This document shows positions 61,028 to 64,000 of a DNA stretch of 64,000 bases, piece after piece. How positions within the stretch are numbered: the stretch's first letter is position 1; the number at the start of each line of letters is the position of its first letter. The stretch lies in the NCBI GenBank assembly GCA_964106645.2, contig OZ067045.1; one strand, 5' to 3'. The DNA is from Podarcis pityusensis (taxonomy: Eukaryota). The notes under the pieces are model-generated. The model was not told where the DNA came from. It saw only the letters and a list, made by a program, of their open reading frames with translations, and ran no database searches. Made by a program: the position numbers and the translations under genes.

Positions 61028-61415
61028 CATTGGGAACATCCATTGAAGCTGAATGTTGGAAGGGTGAAGACAGATAAAATGCTTATTCACACAGTGCATG
61101 GTTTTGGAACTCATCTCCTGCAGGAGGCAGTGATGGCCACCAATATGGACAGCTTGAAAAAATAATTGAACAGATTCATGGAGGAAAAGGCTATCAATGG
61201 CTACTAACCAAGATTTCTACGTTCTTCCCCCATTGCCAGAGGCAGTAGTCATTCTGAATATGAGTTGCTGGAAATTGCAGGAGCAGAGAGTACGTTTCTG
61301 CTCAGATCCTGCTTACAGGTTTCCCACAGGCATCTGACTGGCCGCTGCGAGTACATAATGCTGGTCTAGGTGGACCTTTGGCCTGATCCAGCAAGCCTGT
61401 TCTTGTGCTGTTATG
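61028..61415 (+). mobile_element. Old CR1-type LINE 3' fragment
   Basis: acagattcatggaggaaaaggctatcaatggctactaa (RFMEEKAINGY*) plus 3'UTR. Confidence 0.78.
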
Positions 61416-62322
61416 GTTTTACTAGGCAGCACTTTATCATTTTAGCATGCTCATTAGCACATGCTAATGCAACCCAGAACTCTCTTGTTTCCTAAGTTGC
61501 TATAGTACTGCAGACGTTTGCGCCATAAATTGAGCTGCACAGCTTCTCAAGCCAATGTGTTGTGGGCTTCAATGTTCCAGCAAGAAGCACTCAGCTGGCA
61601 GTGCACCAGGAATAATATGTACACTGAGGGTGGTGCTGCAGCCTTATGAAAACCTTGGACCAGCGAGAGTTTTATATGTATTTTAAAATAACATTAGCGT
61701 GCATTGAACAACCACCAGAGACTGGCTTGGCTTTCAAAAAAGAAAAAAGAAAAAAGGTGGCTAGAGCTAACATAAATATCTCTGCACATATTATTCAAGA
61801 GACTTTGTAACACCTCAGTTACTTGGCCCATGGCCCGCTGTTCAGTTGTTAGACACAAAGGAGTGAGGCATTTTCACTCTGGAATAGGACACGAGCTGAT
61901 TCCTATTCCTCCAGCCTTGCTGAATGGTGCAAACAGGAACAGAGAGTAACCGCAAATGCCAGGTGACTTGTCTTCGACTCTCCCTCCAAATGGATGACTT
62001 GGTGAGAGACCGCCACCACCTCACCTCATTTTTCTCCTGACGAAACTGCCCCCCAGTATACTGCAAGGAAAGAGCCTTCTGGTTTCCAGCTTACACCCTA
62101 AGCATTGTAACTGGCAGCTCTTGGATATGAAATCCTGTTTGGCTCTCTGGGTGCTATACTTATATGTGTGCAGCCGTGAAAAGTTCTCAGGCTCCTTGTG
62201 TGAACCAAACCATCAATTTATAGTCACTTTCTCCTTCCAGGTGCTCTAAACATCTCTCTGCACCCTGTGACAGGGAGCTAAACTTCTGCCAAGGACACCC
62301 AAGGCAAGTTTGCACCCAAAGC

Positions 62323-63354
62323 TGGCATGCATATTTGTGGTATGATAAGGTCAAAGCACATAAAGCATTTAAAAATCATATTGTCAGGAAAGCATTGTTT
62401 AATGTCTGGATAAGATACAAGGACCTACTTGAAAATAAAACCCCAAGGTGGTTGTCACCGATGGAAGCGAAGGCTCAGAAAAAGCTCAATATGGAGGCCA
62501 AATGGCCGAAATATTGGGAAATTTTGGAACAAGAGGGAGACAGATTGAAATTGCAGAGTTTTGAAAAACTAAAAAATAAAGCGCGAGATTGGCTTCATTA
62601 TTATCAGATAATGGAGGCATATAATTTGGACAAGAAAATTGGCTTCCAGGTGGAAAAATCAAAATTGGAAACAGAACTGTTAGAACCCAAAACCAAGATT
62701 TTGTCAAAGATATATAACTTGCTGTTGAATTGGAATACTCAGGATGAAACGGTGAAATCTGCTATGATTAAATGGGCACAAGATGTTGGACATAACATAA
62801 TGATGGCTGACTGGGAACAGTTATGGACCACAGGTATGAAGTTTACGGCATGTAATGCCTTAAGAGAGAATATTATGAAAATGATATACAGGTGGTACAT
62901 GACACCAGTCAAGCTTGCAAAAATCTATCATTTGCCCAATAATAAATGTTGGAAATGTAAAGAAACCGAAGGTACATTCTTTCACCTTTGGTGGACGTGC
63001 CCAAGGATTAAGGCTTTCTGGGAGATGATTTATAATGAAATGAAAAGGGTATTTAAATATACCTTTCTGAAGAAACCAGAGGCCTTTCTCCTGGGCATGG
63101 TCGGCCAAATGGTGCCAAAGAAGGACAGAACTTTCTTTATGTATGCCACAACAGCAGCAAGAATACTTATTGCAAAGTATTGGAAGACACAAGATCTACC
63201 CACTCTGGAAGAATGGCAGATGAAGGTGATGGACTACATGGAATTGGCGGAAATGACTGGCAGAATCCAAGACCAGGGAGAAGAGTCGGTGGAAGAAGAT
63301 TGGAAGAAATTTAAAGACTATTTACAGAAATATTGTAAAATTAATGAATGTTAG
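62323..63354 (+). CDS. L1-clade ORF2 C-terminal fragment with CCHC zinc knuckle (no RT core, no native start)
   Basis: Uninterrupted frame WHAYLWYD...KMIYRWYMTPVKL...CWKC-x8-H-x4-C (CWKCKETEGTFFHLWWTC)...AARILIAKYWK, typical of fish, amphibian and reptile L1. Confidence 0.9.
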   Translation, partial: WHAYLWYDKVKAHKAFKNHIVRKALFNVWIRYKDLLENKTPRWLSPMEAKAQKKLNMEAKWPKYWEILEQEGDRLKLQSFEKLKNKARDWLHYYQIMEAYNLDKKIGFQVEKSKLETELLEPKTKILSKIYNLLLNWNTQDETVKSAMIKWAQDVGHNIMMADWEQLWTTGMKFTACNALRENIMKMIYRWYMTPVKLAKIYHLPNNKCWKCKETEGTFFHLWWTCPRIKAFWEMIYNEMKRVFKYTFLKKPEAFLLGMVGQMVPKKDRTFFMYATTAARILIAKYWKTQDLPTLEEWQMKVMDYMELAEMTGRIQDQGEESVEEDWKKFKDYLQKYCKINEC

Positions 63355-63721
63355 AATGATGTCAGAATGAAGTTAAGTGGTTTTAGCAGCAATGTTATAA
63401 AGGTGTATGTAAAAATGGATTGTTAACAGGTGAGAATCTAAACCTATAATATATTAAGTTAAAGGATTAAGATAAAAACAAAGAGGGAAGGGAATTGCTG
63501 AATGAATTAACTGAACTGGAATACAAAAAAAGGAGGCGTGAGGAGGTCAGGGAAACAAGTAAATGAAATGTAAGGCATGGAAAAATGATTTGTTTTTTTA
63601 AAATATTTTTTATTATTATTTTGTATTTTGTATTTCTTCTTTTTTCTATTTTTCTTTTTCTTATATATGTAACTTTTCTCTTTTTTGGAAACCTTAATAA
63701 ATATTATTTTTTTAAAAAAAA
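62324..63721 (+). mobile_element. L1/Tx1-type LINE, 5'-truncated, 1.4 kb, young
   Basis: Open ORF2 C-terminus, AT-rich 3'UTR, AATAAA near 63696, poly(A), and a perfect 18-bp TSD aagtttgcacccaaagct (62306-62323 and 63722-63739). Confidence 0.95.
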
Positions 63722-63970
63722 AAGTTTGCACCCAAAGCTTATAAAAACAGACACATGATTTTCAGCTGGCAGGCTTATGAAAAAGTCAGAAATTACTGGG
63801 TAAAAAATATGTTTAAAATATAGGGTCATCTCCAGCTGAGGGGACCGACAGAAATTAATGCACCTAAGTTTGTCATTTCTCCTCATTTCAATGAGTCTGC
63901 TTTGAGTATTGACTAACACCGGAGACAACACATAGAATATATGATTTGCTACTCCATAACATTTAATCCA

Positions 63971-64000
63971 TTATACATTTACATTATACATTATACATTA
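63971..64000. repeat. (TTATACA)n-like short tandem repeat running off the window end
   Basis: ttatacatttacattatacattatacatta. Confidence 0.75.

Noticed and set aside
140-63931. The many 60-180 aa ORFs in the six-frame track
   Set aside because: Apart from the CR1, L1 and L2 frames they have no recognisable domains, often start at TTG/GTG, and run through microsatellites, N-gaps or MITEs. This is what chance produces in 64 kb.
1-64000. CRISPR arrays, prokaryotic operons, rRNA/snRNA genes, endogenous viral ORFs
   Set aside because: No regularly spaced repeat-spacer structure or recognisable RNA-gene or viral protein motif was seen. The sequence is vertebrate non-coding DNA.

Overview
This is vertebrate genomic DNA, very probably from a squamate and most likely a lacertid lizard (inferred from Sauria SINEs with (ACCTTT)n tails and the CR1/L2/L1/hAT repertoire). 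It is about 42% GC by eye, CpG-depleted, and has two N-gaps. I could not identify any host protein-coding exon or RNA gene. The window reads as a long intron or gene desert: dense, layered transposable elements alternating with TE-poor unique stretches that look like conserved non-coding regulatory DNA. The only convincing coding sequences belong to retrotransposons. One is a young, 5'-truncated CR1 LINE (about 45607-48888) with the ORF1 SGNH-esterase tail and an APE+RT ORF2 broken by one stop codon. The other is an L1/Tx1-type 3' fragment (62324-63721) with an open ORF2 C-terminus and an 18-bp TSD. Also present are a second short L1 copy, two Sauria SINEs, many tRNA-derived SINEs, L2 and old CR1 3' ends, hAT, Tc1-mariner and Harbinger MITEs with readable TIRs and TSDs, a Penelope-like remnant with half a hammerhead ribozyme, and a possible solo LTR. 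Regulatory hints are a good RE1/NRSE match, two CTCF-like motifs and a few weak splice-site candidates. I did not find a convincing new biological system. The findings are leads, and nearly all other ORFs in the supplied track are noise. Coordinates of old, decayed repeats are approximate (about +/-20 bp). TE family names come from recall, not from a database search.
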